DNA of 64,000 nt from Eledone cirrhosa (lineage: Eukaryota). The translations under genes and the position numbers were made by a program. Position 1 is the stretch's first letter; each line of letters opens with the position of its first letter. Location of the stretch: assembly GCA_964016885.1 (NCBI GenBank), contig OZ024745.1:132246001-132310000 (forward strand). Reading direction: 5' to 3'. This document shows positions 27,530 through 41,252 of the stretch, one piece after another. Under the pieces are notes generated by a model. It was given only the letters and a program-made list of their open reading frames with translations. It was not told the DNA's origin and ran no database searches.

Positions 27530-29250
27530 TTAAACATGTGTAGGGCGGACCCGGGTCCCGGATGTCGGGCAAGTTCATCATAAAGATCGTCTGACTCCTT
27601 CCCTTTTGATGGGAAGAAAAGTTTTCCTCTGTGTGGTGACTACGACTAAAGAGATTGTATGAAAGATAGAACTAAAATAGCTGAGGTAAGATAATTTCAT
27701 ATTGAATCGAATCCTAAATAAGTTTTCAAGTGCCATTGGGAAGGAAGGTGGGAGCAGGCAGCAAGTGGCTGTTCCTCAATAAAATAGTTAAAATGTGGAT
27801 GAGAACGGTGAACATGACTGGACATGGGTGATAGAGCTGCAGTAGACAATGTCACCAAATACAACATGGTGATCGCTAATGTTCTAATATAATATTAAGC
27901 GATAACAGAAAAGTGTGTGGGCATGCTGCGGGACGCCACGAGAGGTCGCTCCATGTCATCCAACAGCGTCGTGGGATACTGCTCGGACGTAACAGATAAA
28001 TTATTGGTGTCTGGTTTGGTTCAGGTAGACAAGTACTTGGATGCGGTGACAAGCAGAGTGGCCAATCTCACCCAGAAATAGACCGAAAGGAAGCTATCCA
28101 TGACAGGTTCGACGGAGGTGAAAAAGGTCTACATCTGCCCTGTCATCTGTTCCTTTATGACTAGATTGTCTTGTCCCAGTTCATTTTTGCTCTTTCACTC
28201 TTTATAGAAGAGATGCCTTCCACTGGTCGGCTGATCCATTTGTTGTGAACACCTGCTGCGAAGAGGACAAGGCCTTGCAGACATGGCTAGCGTTTCCTTG
28301 ACGGTGAACATGTGTGGTTGTTATTTAGCAGACGCACCTTTTCTCAGCTCACCTCATTCGCAGAGTTACAGCCATGCGTCAACCAAAAAACCTGTGAGGG
28401 TGCTTAGAAAAAGGAATGTCGTCAACAGCTCACAGCGCTCTGCTAGTCGGTCATTGTGGTCAGTGGAAGTTCCACTTTTATGTTCTGTAGAGGATTAGTG
28501 CTGGCTAATAGTGACATCATTCTTGGTAAATGTTTGGGCATTGACGAAAATCAGCTGGCGAGTCTGTTCCCGACGGGGCATGGGCGATTTTCAGAAATTT
28601 TTTGTCTGGCAATGTTACCGAGGGGTTTTGCCAGTTCGGGATAAACTCTACAGGCACTTGTCCCGTGCTCGATATTTGACGACTCATGGATCTATATTGA
28701 TCAGCTGAAATCATGTCATACGGATCCGGCTATCAGTTGATTTCCTTGGGAAGAGTATCACAGCGCCTTCTTTTGGCCGGGAAGGGAAGGTAGTTTTATC
28801 AGTCTGGTGGCAATGGCGTTATGTGGTGGATGAAATTGAAAGAGCTGAAGACTGGCAATTTCCACTGTGACCAAGTTCTTATCAATGTTTTCACGTTACA
28901 ACTGAAAAGGAAATTTAGGGTGGAGAGAGGAGTGTTCCCTGCCAGTAAATTTATTGACAAGTGGATGAAAATCGTAAGGCGTGCTTCACGTGCTCTAAGT
29001 ACGCACATATAGATTGACGGATAATTACTGGAAGAAGGCAATTGCCATAGTTGTCAGGGTAACAACGGCCTTTTGAAGAATAGCCTTTGGAAATCCTTCT
29101 CGTTTTGGGGAATCTTCTTTGTTTTAAATATTACTGTTGCCACCTCGCTTTTGATTTTGTTACACATCATATTCCCCCATTTTCATCTAAATCCCCACTG
29201 TCTCGTCTCGTAACGGCATTGATCGTTTTGTAAAGCCTTGTGTTTAATAA
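27530..29250 (+). mobile_element. Degenerate Tx1/L1-type LINE (partial ORF2, 3' UTR, ATC/ATT tail)
   Basis: 28720-29010 is clearly homologous to 40660-40939 (WWMKLKELKT...LKRKFRVERGV vs WWTRLKGLKT...LKRKIRVEREV); ends taaagccttgtgtttAATAAAgaaagc plus simple-repeat tail. Confidence 0.8.
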
Positions 29251-29844
29251 AGAAAGCACCATCATCATCATCATCATCATTATTATTATTATTGTTATTA
29301 TTGTTATTATTATTATTACTATTATTGTTGTTGTTGTTGTTGTTGTTGTTATTTCTGTTGCTTGTAGTCGCTGGTGCTGTTCGTTGTTTGATTGTCTGTT
29401 CGTTAGTTTTAATATTTCCCTTTTCATTAATTCTAAATTTAAGCCAAATCGAGAATAACAGCAACAGATTTTAAAATACACAGACAAAAGAAATTATCAC
29501 ATAGATTTATTTCTGTTGGTTCACGTAATTATAGAAATGGTCGTTTGTTCAATGTCTGTAGTAGACGTGGAGGATTTAAAGTGGAGACGGTAGAGACGAT
29601 CTCCCTATCATTGTGTACAGTTCACACACAAACTATGTTTATAAAAGTTTACGAACATACACATTCACACATACACACACACACACTCTCTCTCTCTGAC
29701 TTTATATATATATGAGAGGAGGGGCTGTGTGGTTACTGAAATGGGTGTTAGAAAGTAAGAAGACACCAACAATATATATATATGCATCTGTAGGTGTATA
29801 TATCTGTATGTGTATCTGTGTGTGTATATATCTGAGGGTGTATG

Positions 29845-29982
29845 GCTAGGCGAGTAACTTAACGATTAGATAGCTGGATTTACAACAGTATGATTGTGAG
29901 ATCAATTCCCGGAACGACCAATGAGTGGTGACCTTAAGTAAAACAATTTATTTCATGATACTCCAGTTCATTCAGCCGTAGA
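29845..29982 (+). mobile_element. SINE family B (CORE-like), diverged
   Basis: Homologous to 59270-59405: ccttaagtaaaacaatttatttcatgatactccagttcattcagccgtaga. Confidence 0.6.
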
Positions 29983-30169
29983 GTTGCGACGTCTCCGTTG
30001 CCAAGCTATATGAACGACGTCTCCGTTGCCAAGCTATATCAACCTTTAACTTGGACAACATCGGTGGTGAAGAGGCGGGAGACTGGTATGATAGTTTTTC
30101 CGAAAAAAAAAGGAAAAAAAAAACACGCTTATATATATCAGAATAGAGGCGGTAAAAACCAATTAGACT

Positions 30170-30365
30170 ATTACTTACCAGAGTACTCGATACTTGGGAT
30201 AGTAGAGTGGGTAATGTGATAAGAACAGGACCTCGATGGCCGTTGAACGGCCGGAGTTCAGCCATCTGGGGCTTGAATTTTTTATATGTATATACAATAT
30301 ATTGCCAGAAATAATAACAGAACACACACTCACTGTTTGGATGGTTTTCGCTTCTGTATCTTTTA
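30170..30365. repeat. Second member of the family carrying the 18.2-kb hairpin
   Basis: 30178-30215 is the reverse complement of 18275-18313; contains a shortened hairpin gacctcgatggc...gccatctgggg; 30300-30360 matches 18437-18505. Confidence 0.7.
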
Positions 30366-30522
30366 TATCTCCATAGTTAATTTATTTGGCAATCAATGTT
30401 TATCATTGATTGACCAGCAGTTAAACATACAGATATAAATATATATATATATAGTCTATCAAAGTTCTTTCGTCGCACATCTGCAACACAATCAGTGATA
30501 CGAAATAAAAAACAAATACATA

Positions 30523-30688
<166 letters not shown>

Positions 30689-30694
30689 TATTTA

Positions 30695-30739
<45 letters not shown>

Positions 30740-30791
30740 TATATAAAAATATATATATGTATATATATACATATATATATTTATATCTATC

Positions 30792-30822
<31 letters not shown>

Positions 30823-31239
30823 TTTAATATGTATATATATATACATATTTATGTGTGTGTTAAGTATTTCCATAGAAAAAGAAGAGAGCTTTATGTATTG
30901 TATATAGCTGTTTAATTACATAATAAACAACACAATATTATTCTATTACCAAAGGTTTCGAGAAAGCAGACGATTCTTACAGAAACGTCTAGCCCATGTA
31001 ATAACTATGTTTTGGGTATAAGTTTTCACATTGATATCGATTAAAGTGGGGCTGGATTAAAATAACATCTAATAACGGAAAAATGTATAATATATATACA
31101 CAATACAAATATACACACACATACACATAAATCCACATGCACGCTTCTATACATACTATACATTCTTACATAGATATAAAAGCTCATCAACCACATATAT
31201 ACACTCGTATATATATACACATATACATACATACACACG

Positions 31240-31690
31240 ATGCTGTTCCAATTGTTATTGTTGTTGTAGTTGCTGTTCCAATTGTTGTTGTTGTTGTAGT
31301 TGCTGTTCCAATTGTTATTGTTGTTGTAGTTGCTGTTCCAACCATTGTTGTTGTTGTAGTTGCTGTTCCAACCATTGTTGTTGTTGTAGTTGCTGTTCCA
31401 ACCATTGTTGTTGTTGTAGTTGCTGTTCCAACCATTGTTGTTGTTGTAGTTGCTGTTCCAACCATTGTTGTTGTTGTAGTTGCTGTTCCAACCATTGTTG
31501 TTGTAGTTGCTGTTCCAACCATTGTTGTTGTAGTTGCTGTTCCAACCATTGTTGTTGTAGTTGCTGTTCCAACCATTGTTGCTGTTGTTATTGTTGTTGT
31601 AGCTGCTGTCCCAATCATTGTTGTTGTAGCTGCTGTCCCAATCATTGTTGTTGTAGCTGCTGTTCCAATTGGTATCATTGTTGTTGTTGT
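31240..31690. repeat. 30/27-bp minisatellite gttgctgttccaaccattgttgttgttgta, ~15 copies
   Basis: Direct reading; built on a (GTT)n backbone. Confidence 0.93.
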
Positions 31691-32540
31691 TCTAACTCTT
31701 TCCTCTACTGGGCCTCTCTTTCATTCTCTCTTTCCCTCACTTTTTCAACATTGTTTATGTCGTGGAATATATTTTCAAAGCTATTGATGTTGCTACCCCT
31801 TCCCGGAGTAGGTGAACATTCTCTAACCCTTAATACACACTAACATTAAACATCAAGTAACCTACCCACTACTCGATGTTTTACTAAATAGAAATGGCAA
31901 CTAAATATCTCTCAAACTATACGCTACCATATTAGACCAAAAAGATATAGGCCAGAGGTTGAAAGCTGGGAAGTCTTTTATCATAGGTCTTCTAGATCAT
32001 GGTAAATGTTGGGTTAAACTGGAAGAAAAATTTAAGAAGTCTAAAGCAATTTCGAAAAATGGGATTTAGGAAGCTAGAAGGATGGAACTAAACACATTAA
32101 GATAATTCGTTCGGAGCGCTAGCGTTTCTTCCGACTTCATCCCTTTACTAATATGAAATATTACACAAAGTGAAAGAAAGAAAACGAAAACAACTTCATA
32201 TATTTCGTGAAACATTAGTAAAATGCTTTAAAATTAATTGTTTTTCTTAAATTCTTTCTAAACAAAGAGTTTATATGACTATATTTGCTCATTAGACATT
32301 TAAATGATTTTCTATTCATGAGAGAAAAAATTACTCTTTCTTTTCATTGACTTCAATTTTAAAAGTTAATAGAGAATAATTATTTTCTAAAACACTTGCT
32401 GTACAGTGTGAAATATTGCCTGCAGCATAATCATAATTATATACCTTAAGTATGTATGTATGTATGTATGTATGTATGTATGTATGTATGTATGTATGTA
32501 TGTATGTATGTATGTATGTATGTATGTATGTATGTATGTA

Positions 32541-32998
32541 TCAAAGGTCAAAGGAGCTCTTAAGAGTCAATGGCCATCCAAAATCACCGGGAGAGATGAC
32601 CCCTTAGCCTTAGTCAAGGTAGAATTTTAGGAGAAGGAAAACTCTGATATAACACCTGCAACTCTGATGATATCCAATGATGTTGACTTGTTCTTCTTTT
32701 TGGTAAATATCATCTTGGTTAAGAGAGTGGGACTGGCTTTGTGCAGTGCCTTTGCTCACTATAAAAGCTTCACGGCACAGGCATTGCTTTATATCTGGAG
32801 ATCTCTCTGCACTTGTCGTCACATGGTACCATGGGCCCAGCACTATGTGTCAATAATTGTCACAAGTGTAGTGTTTGTACCAGAGTTTTGAAGTCGCTGG
32901 TTAGACTAAAAAGTTACACTCGTTCAGCGTATCAGTAGGGGTTCTCCTACATGGATATAAAGTAGTGGCCGTACTCGAAAACGAGTTGGCAGCCACCA
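32541..32998 (-). mobile_element. Probable retroelement fragment inserted in a (TATG)n tract
   Basis: Higher-GC block flanked on both sides by (TATG)n (32450-32540 and 32998-33085); protein similarity too decayed to classify; strand tentative. Confidence 0.35.
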
Positions 32999-33412
32999 TG
33001 TATGTATGTATGTATGCATGTATGTATGTATGTATGTATGTATGTATGCATCTATGTATGCATATATGTATGTATGTACGTATGTGTGTGAGTGTATTTC
33101 AGCGTGTTCGTGTGAGTGTGGGAATATTTACTTATTAATTGATATATGGAAAGATAAATACAAGGAACAGTGAGATAGAAATAATTGTAATCATCCGTAC
33201 ATAGAGCAACACACGCACACACATACACATATATATATATTATATATATATATGTATGAATGTATATATGTATACATATATTTATGTATATATATGTATA
33301 TGTTATATAAACATATATTATATATGTATATATATAGAGAGATAGATAGAATTATATATACAGAAGGAGGGGGAGAGGGAAAGAAAGAGAGAAAGAAAGA
33401 GGGAGAGGGAGA

Positions 33413-33456
<44 letters not shown>

Positions 33457-34517
33457 ATATATACACATAAATCTATATGCGATTTAGCATAAGAATTTCT
33501 ATAGTGACGTGTTGACGTAGATGGATCCATACAGGCATAAGTGAATGGTAAGGTGTGTTATTGAAGAACGTGAATTATATTCTGCTTGAAATACACTCTT
33601 GAAAAATACTAGCAACTATTATGTATGTTGATCTCAATGTCATTTCCTCATTTCCTTAACAGGTATTTCACTTCACATATAAAATTGCGGTTATACATTT
33701 CAGGTTATTGATGCAGGAAAATCATAACAAACAGCAAATCCTACTTTTGCAGTTCGTATATATTTGTTAAGTCTCATGTCTCATTGAAAACAACTCTCAG
33801 AAATACTCTGATAATAACTTTTTAGGTTAGATGGGGAAACAGATGTGCCTTTTTGTTTTACTATTAATATTCCATGTTCTAAACTCATACGTACAATAAG
33901 TATATTTGTTTCTACGTTAGGCACAAGGCCAGCAAATACCCAGTGCATTACTGGTACTTTATTTTATCGACCCCGTACAATAAGTATAATGTGTGTAAAA
34001 AGTGGAGATAGTGAGGTAGATATATGGAGATACATACATCTATCATTGACATACAAACATTCGGTTAGTTGCTACAGATTCTAGCCAATATACAACATAG
34101 CTTCATCCATTCATTTTCCTTTTGTCAGATTCTGCAAAATCTAATATAACGACTTTCACTCTTTTGAACAAGCAAGTAAAATTCCAGCTACACCCAAGCT
34201 CGCGCCAATGCGTGAATCCTCATTCTTTAGTAATCCCTATGGTATAATCTGTTCACACTCTACAACGGAAACCTCCTAATCATTTCTACCCAGATTTATC
34301 GGAATCTCCTCCTTCCCACAAACACCGTAATGATGAAACTATATATAACCGGCACTAATCTGGAGGAGTCTATATAATTTAGTAGTTCTAATTAATTAAA
34401 ATGTTGAAATAAACATGATTTAATGTCCTCAATTTCTATCTGATTTTGACTGGAAAGCACATTTACACAACATCATCCCTTCTATCGCTAGTAAAAGAAA
34501 CAACAAATTGCAGCATA

Positions 34518-34655
34518 CGAGGGGGTGCTCAAAACCTTCTGGCTTTGGGTAAAAGAAAATATAGGAGGATCAGTTAATTATGATTTTATTCAACATATTA
34601 ATATCTCAGATCCACAAACAACCCTTAAAGCAAGGAATCTTTCAACACTCCCTCG
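34518..34655. mobile_element. Mariner-type MITE, 138 bp, TA target duplication
   Basis: TA|CGAGGGGGTGCTCAAAACCTTCTGGCTTT ... AAAGCAAGGAATCTTTCAACACTCCCTCG|TA, imperfect ~29-bp TIRs. Confidence 0.8.
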
Positions 34656-34710
34656 TAGTTATTTCAGCAAAGCAATCTGATAAGAATATCAACAATAAGC
34701 CATAACTCAC

Positions 34711-34864
34711 CTGGTCTATTAGTTTCACTACTATCCTTATATTGGATCAGAATTTTGCATTCTTGGTAAAGGAAGTATAATCTTACACAAACTTGCAACA
34801 TGAAACAACATTTCTGCTTTGTACTTATTTTCAAAGTGTTTCGATTTAAGGTTGTGAGCTGGAA
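34711..34864 (-). other. Candidate 154-nt exon
   Basis: Minus strand acceptor gtaattgcttcag and consensus donor CAG|GTGAGT; one frame open (FQLTTLNRNT...SSETNRP) but no recognisable homology. Confidence 0.3.
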
Positions 34865-34934
34865 CTGAAGCAATTACATGGTAATAAATTCATTAATACT
34901 CACACATAATCGGTTATATCTAATGTTACTTTAT

Positions 34935-35127
34935 AATAATTGTTTCTACGTTTGGCACAAGGCCAGCAATTACCCAGTGCATTACTGGTACTTTATTTTA
35001 TCTACCCTGTAGGGATGAAAGGCAAAGTTAACCTCGGCGGGATTTGAACTCAGAATGACAAGGGCCGTAACTCCATACGTCAAAGCATGGCGTCCGACCC
35101 TCTATCGATACTGCTAATCCACCGCCC
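34935..35127 (-). mobile_element. SINE family A (further partial minus-strand copies at 27299-27393, 33905-33976, 35150-35225, 37240-37390)
   Basis: Reverse complement of family consensus. Confidence 0.85.
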
Positions 35128-38100
35128 TGTTACTTTATAATAATGGTGTCCGATTGAGGCTAAATCGATCCCAGTATGTTACTGGTAGTGTATTTTATCA
35201 ACCCCTAACGATGAAAAGCAAAGCTAAATTCAAGCTCATATTCTATTTAATTGATCCCTATTTTATTCAGTCACTTAAATGAACTTTGATATAGAGGAGC
35301 ACAATTCGACGACCTTCTTCATAGTTTCCTTCTTAAAGCAAAAAGTTACTCGTGAAATCGGGACTACAGAAAAAAACAGTGATTGCGAAAAGATCTTAAT
35401 CACATGATTTTCACACACATACACATACATACACACACACACATGCAAACATGCACATACAAACACACTTGCACACAAACATACACAAGCAGATACATAC
35501 ACAAATACGTACACGCCCCCACACACACACATCCACACGCATACACACACACGCGGGCACACACACACGCACACACAGACACTGCACACACACACACACA
35601 TCCGCATGCACACACACACACTGGCACACACACATACATCCACACGTACACACACACACACTGGCACACACACACATACATCCACACGCACAACCATACA
35701 CATATTTTCCTTCCTTGGCTGGTTATCATCCCTTTCAATTGTGGACCCTTTTCCACTATATTTCTACACCCTGTACACGTTCGCAGATGGCATATACAAC
35801 TGTTGCAACTATTTTTGGCAGTGGTCATTGAGTTTCTCCACTACAAGTATATTTATCTCTTGTTTATAGGTTCGGATCTTTTGGTCCTCGCTTCTCCGGG
35901 TTTCTTGCACCGAGGAGCGTCCTTTTTCCTTATTTCATAGCCGTTTAGTTTTTGATAGATACAGAATATATTCCTGTTTGCTTTGATATCATTTGTCAGT
36001 GTTGTGATCAAATGTAATTTATTAGTGCAAGTAGTATTACCCTGTACTGCTATCATCACCATCATCTAAAGTCCCTATTTTACAGCTGAAATTCAATACA
36101 AATGACGTTTGAAAGCAACTGAAATCTGAAATCTGTTCTATAGGGTGACGAATAATCTGTGAACAAATCAACACCAACCATTTTTAACTTATACGAGCTA
36201 CGTGGAAATTTAGGAAGAAATTGGAATAGCTTTTCTTTTATTAAATTTTTCGGGGTGATAAAAAAAACATTAAAAAATAATTGCTTTCGGCCAATCCACG
36301 TAAAGGTTCGGTAGCTTTCATCTACGAAAGAATATTTGATTCGTTTCTTTCAGGATAGAAATTTCAAAAAGCTGAATATATTTGAAATTCTATATAATAT
36401 TTGAATAGATAAGATTTAGAAAAGATATCTTGTGAAAATCTTAGAATTTTTTTCACAAAAAATGTAAACCAGTAAATCTCACAGATATCTCAATTTCTGT
36501 GATATATTAAGACAGTTTGAGGAACTGAATTAAAGGTAAAGAAGAACGTGTGAGAGATAGATATACTCTAAAAGTAAAACAAACAAACATATTAAAGAAA
36601 ATCACTTTAAAATAATTTCCTCCTTGCTGCTAATATTTCAAATATTGTTACCTTATTTTTTGTTCGTTTATGACACACATTCTAGAACGTAGCGATAATA
36701 TTTAATTTTTCTTGTTCATCTAAATGGAATATGTCTTAACAATATATTTTCATGCTTTCCATTCCAAAACGAAATGAAGTCAGCACTGTTAGCATGTGAA
36801 GATAATTTTTAATCATTTTAAACAATTCTTTAACTACATAAAATACATATACAATTTGATAATCCATTTTCCTAGATGCATTTATCTTGTAAATAGTTTT
36901 AGTTAAATGTTAGCAGCCTCTCAATCATTTTCTCGCATACATCTTTATGTTATAGTAAGATGTTGTTATATCATTATTTTGTTTTAAAGTTGATCTTTCA
37001 GGTTTTATTGTGCAATATGGTTGCTGGTGTTGGTATTGTCATTGGTGTTGCTGTTACAGTTTGCTATATCTCTTTCTTTCTACATGTGTTTACCCAATAG
37101 GAGTGTCCACACGCAAAATAAACATTCGCTGATCATACATTTGCTTTCTATTCTATCAAATTACACTTCTCCTTCCTTGAGACGGCAGCATCCAAATGCG
37201 AGAGAGAGAGAGAGATACAGAATACTTGAGAAAGAGTTATAGCGGAACAATCGACTCCAGTACTGCGTGTGGTACTTTTTATTTACCTTGAAAGAACGAA
37301 AGGCCAAATTGTTCTTTGATCTTGGGGTGGTTTGAACTGAAAGCGCAGAAAGCAAGAAAGAATATCGTAAATCATTGTAGCCAAAGTACTAAACGCTCTT
37401 CCAGTTAGTCGACTTGAGGTGTTGCACTGCACATTTACTGTTTCTTTTCTGGGTGAGCATATGAAAGCCCTTCTATTTGTGGTAAGGAAATGATATATTA
37501 CTTTTCTCCTTGGTGTACACCGTTGACAAGAATTTATTAACTCTTGTAATAAAACCCTCCCATGTAACATTTTCCCTGGAGACTGTCTATGTCCAGCAAT
37601 TCCTTTTGATTGGTCACATTAGCAAAGCTGTTATTAAAAGTTTACCTACCACCACTTAAATGCGTCGAGGCCTGAATATGTATTTGGCAAATGTGTATTT
37701 CTATGTAACTGAAATAAAATCCTCAAACCAGAAACGGTCTAACATGAATAGCATCCTCTGTCACCTTGAACCTATCAAGGAAACCGAGAAAGCCCAGATT
37801 AATTTGAAGAACAAAGGAACGTGCTCTCTCTCTCTCTTACTGGTGCATGCTGAACGCATTTTCATTTACTTGAGACAAGTAAAGAAGCATAACATTTGCC
37901 TGCAACAATCCAAGTCGGCATTTGAGACAAATCTCGATACATTCGAATTGCATTTAACTTATGTGACGACCATCAGAATAAAGACAGGTCATATTAATAT
38001 ATTCCACATAGACCTGCTCCCGTTTTAAAGTTGAAGGTGGCCGCGATGTATTAGCATTATTTGTTTTATCGACCGTAGACAATAAAAAGATTGTAGCGAG

Positions 38101-38811
38101 TCTTGAAGTGCAGTAACACGTTGAAAGAAAGATAATAAACCGACTGTTTCGACTCTTTACTGAATGCATAAAATTATATTGAAATGACAACGACTCAAAT
38201 CAAGATAGTTTTTTTTTATAAACGTTTATACTGAGATGAGCAGGTGCTAATATTAGCTTAGACCTGTTATTTGAAAGTTTTCTACATTTGACACCTGATA
38301 GAGAAGAAAATTCAATTCTGTGAATAATAGTTAATTAAAAATTTTGTTTGTAATAAATTTTGATTCAATATATTTTTTCTCACTTTCCATCTATCTCTTC
38401 ACAATTCTAATTAGTCTGTTATCTTTCTCACCTCCTCTATCAAATCTTCAAAACAAATTCATCTCAACAACCAACCTAGATATCATTTCAAGTAGTACTT
38501 CTTAATGTTAACAATAAAGCCACTTTATATCATTTATGTCTGCAATATTATAAGAGATCTATTCATAGGAACTGTTGCCTATCTTTTCTCTCTTTTCTCT
38601 CTAATTTTTATTTCCTCAGGCAAATGATTATATAATTTTTAGAATTATACCGATATCCTCAACAATACTCCTTAACGCCGAGACTGTCTCAGTGCTGCTG
38701 CTTCTACATTCTGTCATTCTCGATAACAATAACAATCGACATAGTTAGAAACAATTATTACCATATTCATCATCATCATCATCATCGCAATCAACATTAT
38801 TATTATTATTA

Positions 38812-39100
38812 TATGCCTGTAAATTGAAGGTGGAAAACTGGGAGAGGACATTTGCCCTGGTGGTCACCGTAGCTTTTTTAATGGGCTTTCTCCACGATGG
38901 CCCTCGGAGGTCTCCCACCTATTGGGGAATTTTTCATTGTTCTTTTATTACATCCTCTGTTTTTTTTTGTTTTTTTTACACGCAGAAATGCCCATTTGTA
39001 CCGTCCTGTATTGTTCTGTACTGTCCTTAATGTCTACTTTGTGTAAACCCTTGTGGTTAATAAAGAAAGTATTATTATTATTATTATTATAATTATTATT
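38812..39100 (+). mobile_element. Isolated 3' UTR of the Tx1-type LINE with (ATT)n tail
   Basis: Close copy of 40930-41190 (aaggtggaaaactgggagagg...aaacccttgtggttAATAAA), flanked by ATT repeats. Confidence 0.9.
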
Positions 39101-39102
39101 AT

Positions 39103-41189
39103 TGGCGACCTACGTAGGAAATCGTATCATCGTGAGCTCCGCAAAGGTTTGTTGTTTTCGTTTGTTTAAAATTGCCATTTATGGAAAGTTTTTGTTGTTA
39201 TCTATTTATAAAGTCACAAAATTTGCTTTCGGAAAAGGATACTCAAAAATATTGGGGCCTTGAGCCCAAAATTTAAACTTTTATAATTATCAAACAAAAA
39301 ATTTCATTGACAAAAATCATGGACGACTCACAGCTACACCAAGTAGCTGAGAGCCTTCCTCACAAACTAACACCTCACACTAACACCACCATTGTAAATA
39401 TTACTACGTTTGCCAACACTAAACATATAAGCAGTAGCAATAATTTAAATTTGTTTCATGCAGACATTCATTTCCCGCCATTACCAATGACTGCAGTTGT
39501 TGAAGCCGCCCCCCCCCCCCCCCAGCGACAACAGAAACAAAATAAAAAAATAAAAGACTACACAACACCCCAAAAGTTCACACCACCTTCACACATACAA
39601 ATCACTCGCATCACACAGAAAACGTACACGACACTAAAACAAAAATTCCCCAAAGACATCGGAGACTTCCGACAAGCACACTCCAGGTGGATTTATAAGG
39701 ACATCCTTCCGGAGGAGGCCACAAGCAGTGAAAAGGATGGAGAAACCATCCTTCTTCTACGAGAAGTAAGGTAAGTGGTCTTTCCCATCTTTTCCACTCC
39801 ATTTCAACATGACCTCACTCAGAATAGGCAGTATAAATGCGCGTGGCTTGGGGTCGTCATGGAAGCATGGCCACCTGCTCAACGACCTCAGGTCACTAAA
39901 CATAGATGTAGTGGCCATCCGCGAGACCAGAATCTCCGAAGCACGGGCCTTCGCACCGATCTTCGGCGGCTACGATGTGTACGCATCTCCCAGCCGTCCT
40001 GGATCGGGGGGAGGAGTTGCTGTGCTTTTTCGGAGAGGTTTGGATCTCGCCATACGGGCCATCTTCCTGAACCCAGAAGGTAAGTTGGTGGTGCTGGATG
40101 TGACCAGCGGAGACGGGCAAGCTTTCAGGCTAGTGGTCGTCTATGCCCCAACAGGAGCAGGACGGCCTGATTTCTTCCGGTGTCTGGAGACCTTTCTAGG
40201 AACGTCCCGCTCTTTAGTGTTAGTGGACGACTGGAACGGGATCTTAGATGCACGCTGGGACTGTGTGGGATTAGCGGATAGGGAGGATGGTGCAAGAGCC
40301 TCACCAACCTGCTCAGGCGTTTTGAACTGTCTGACAGGGACCGATTGGATTTCCCGAATATGTCAATGTGGACTTGGACAAACCGCATAGGGTCATCCAG
40401 ATCATATCTAAATAGAGTATTTTGTAGGGAAATAGATAGGTCTAGCATAGGCTGTCCACAATTCAAGATAGTCAGCTACACGGACAACAAATTCGTGATC
40501 TGTGTGCTTGACTTAGATAGGCTTCATAGACGAGGACCCGGCTACTGGAAGCTAAACGCGTCCTTACCAGCGAACAAGGCCTACAGAGACCGGATTAGCG
40601 AACTAGTTAAGCGGGCGTTGACTTGTGGGTTTATGTCGAACACCTTCTGTCACGTGTAGGACGGATCCAGCTATCAGCTGAGTCCACCGGGAAGGGCAGG
40701 CAGTTTTTATCTGTCTGGTGGCCATGGCGAAAGAGATAGTATGGTGGACACGGTTGAAAGGGCTGAAGACGAGCACTTACCTCTTCGGTGATGCCCTGAT
40801 TAACTTTTTCAAATTTCATTTGAAAAGGAAAATCAGGGTAGAGAGGGAAGTACTCTCTTCCCAGCATTTTGTTGAAAGATGGGTGAGAGAAGCAAGAATG
40901 GCCCGAGTGAATGGGCCTACTCTGAGTATGTGTCTGTAAATTAAAGGTGGAAAACTGGGAGAGGGCACTTGCCCTGGTGGTCAGGGTCACTGTGGCCTTT
41001 TAATGGGCTTTCTCCACAAAAGTCCCTCGGAAGTCTCCCCCTATTGGGGAATTTTTCATTGTTTATTTTTTGTTACATCCTCTGTTTTTGTTTTTTTACA
41101 CGCAGAAATGCCCATTTGTACCGTCCTGTATTGTCCTGTACTGTCCTTAACCTCTACTTTATGTAAACCCTTGTGGTTAATAAAAAAAG

Positions 41190-41250
<61 letters not shown>
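39103..41250 (+). mobile_element. Internally deleted Tx1/L1-type LINE (5' UTR, ORF1 remnant, APE endonuclease, ORF2 C-terminus, 3' UTR, (ATT)n tail; RT missing)
   Basis: From 39809: SINARGL, VAIRETR, GGGVAVLF, VYAP, DDWN, then after a frameshift TWTN..SYLNRV, YTDNK, GPGYWKLNASL; jumps at ~40625-40655 to the ORF2 C-terminus ending 40939. Confidence 0.9.
39809..40625 (+). pseudogene. LINE apurinic-like (APE) endonuclease domain, frameshifted near 40285
   Basis: Motifs above; catalytic GDFN, SRID and SDH motifs altered to DDWN, SYLN and TDN. Confidence 0.85.

Positions 41251-41252
<2 letters not shown>

Noticed and set aside
31137-31787. Mucin-like Thr-rich or Val-rich CDS
   Set aside because: Unit length is a multiple of 3 on a GTT backbone and frames are open on both strands; no signal peptide or convincing splice sites; flanks are microsatellite.
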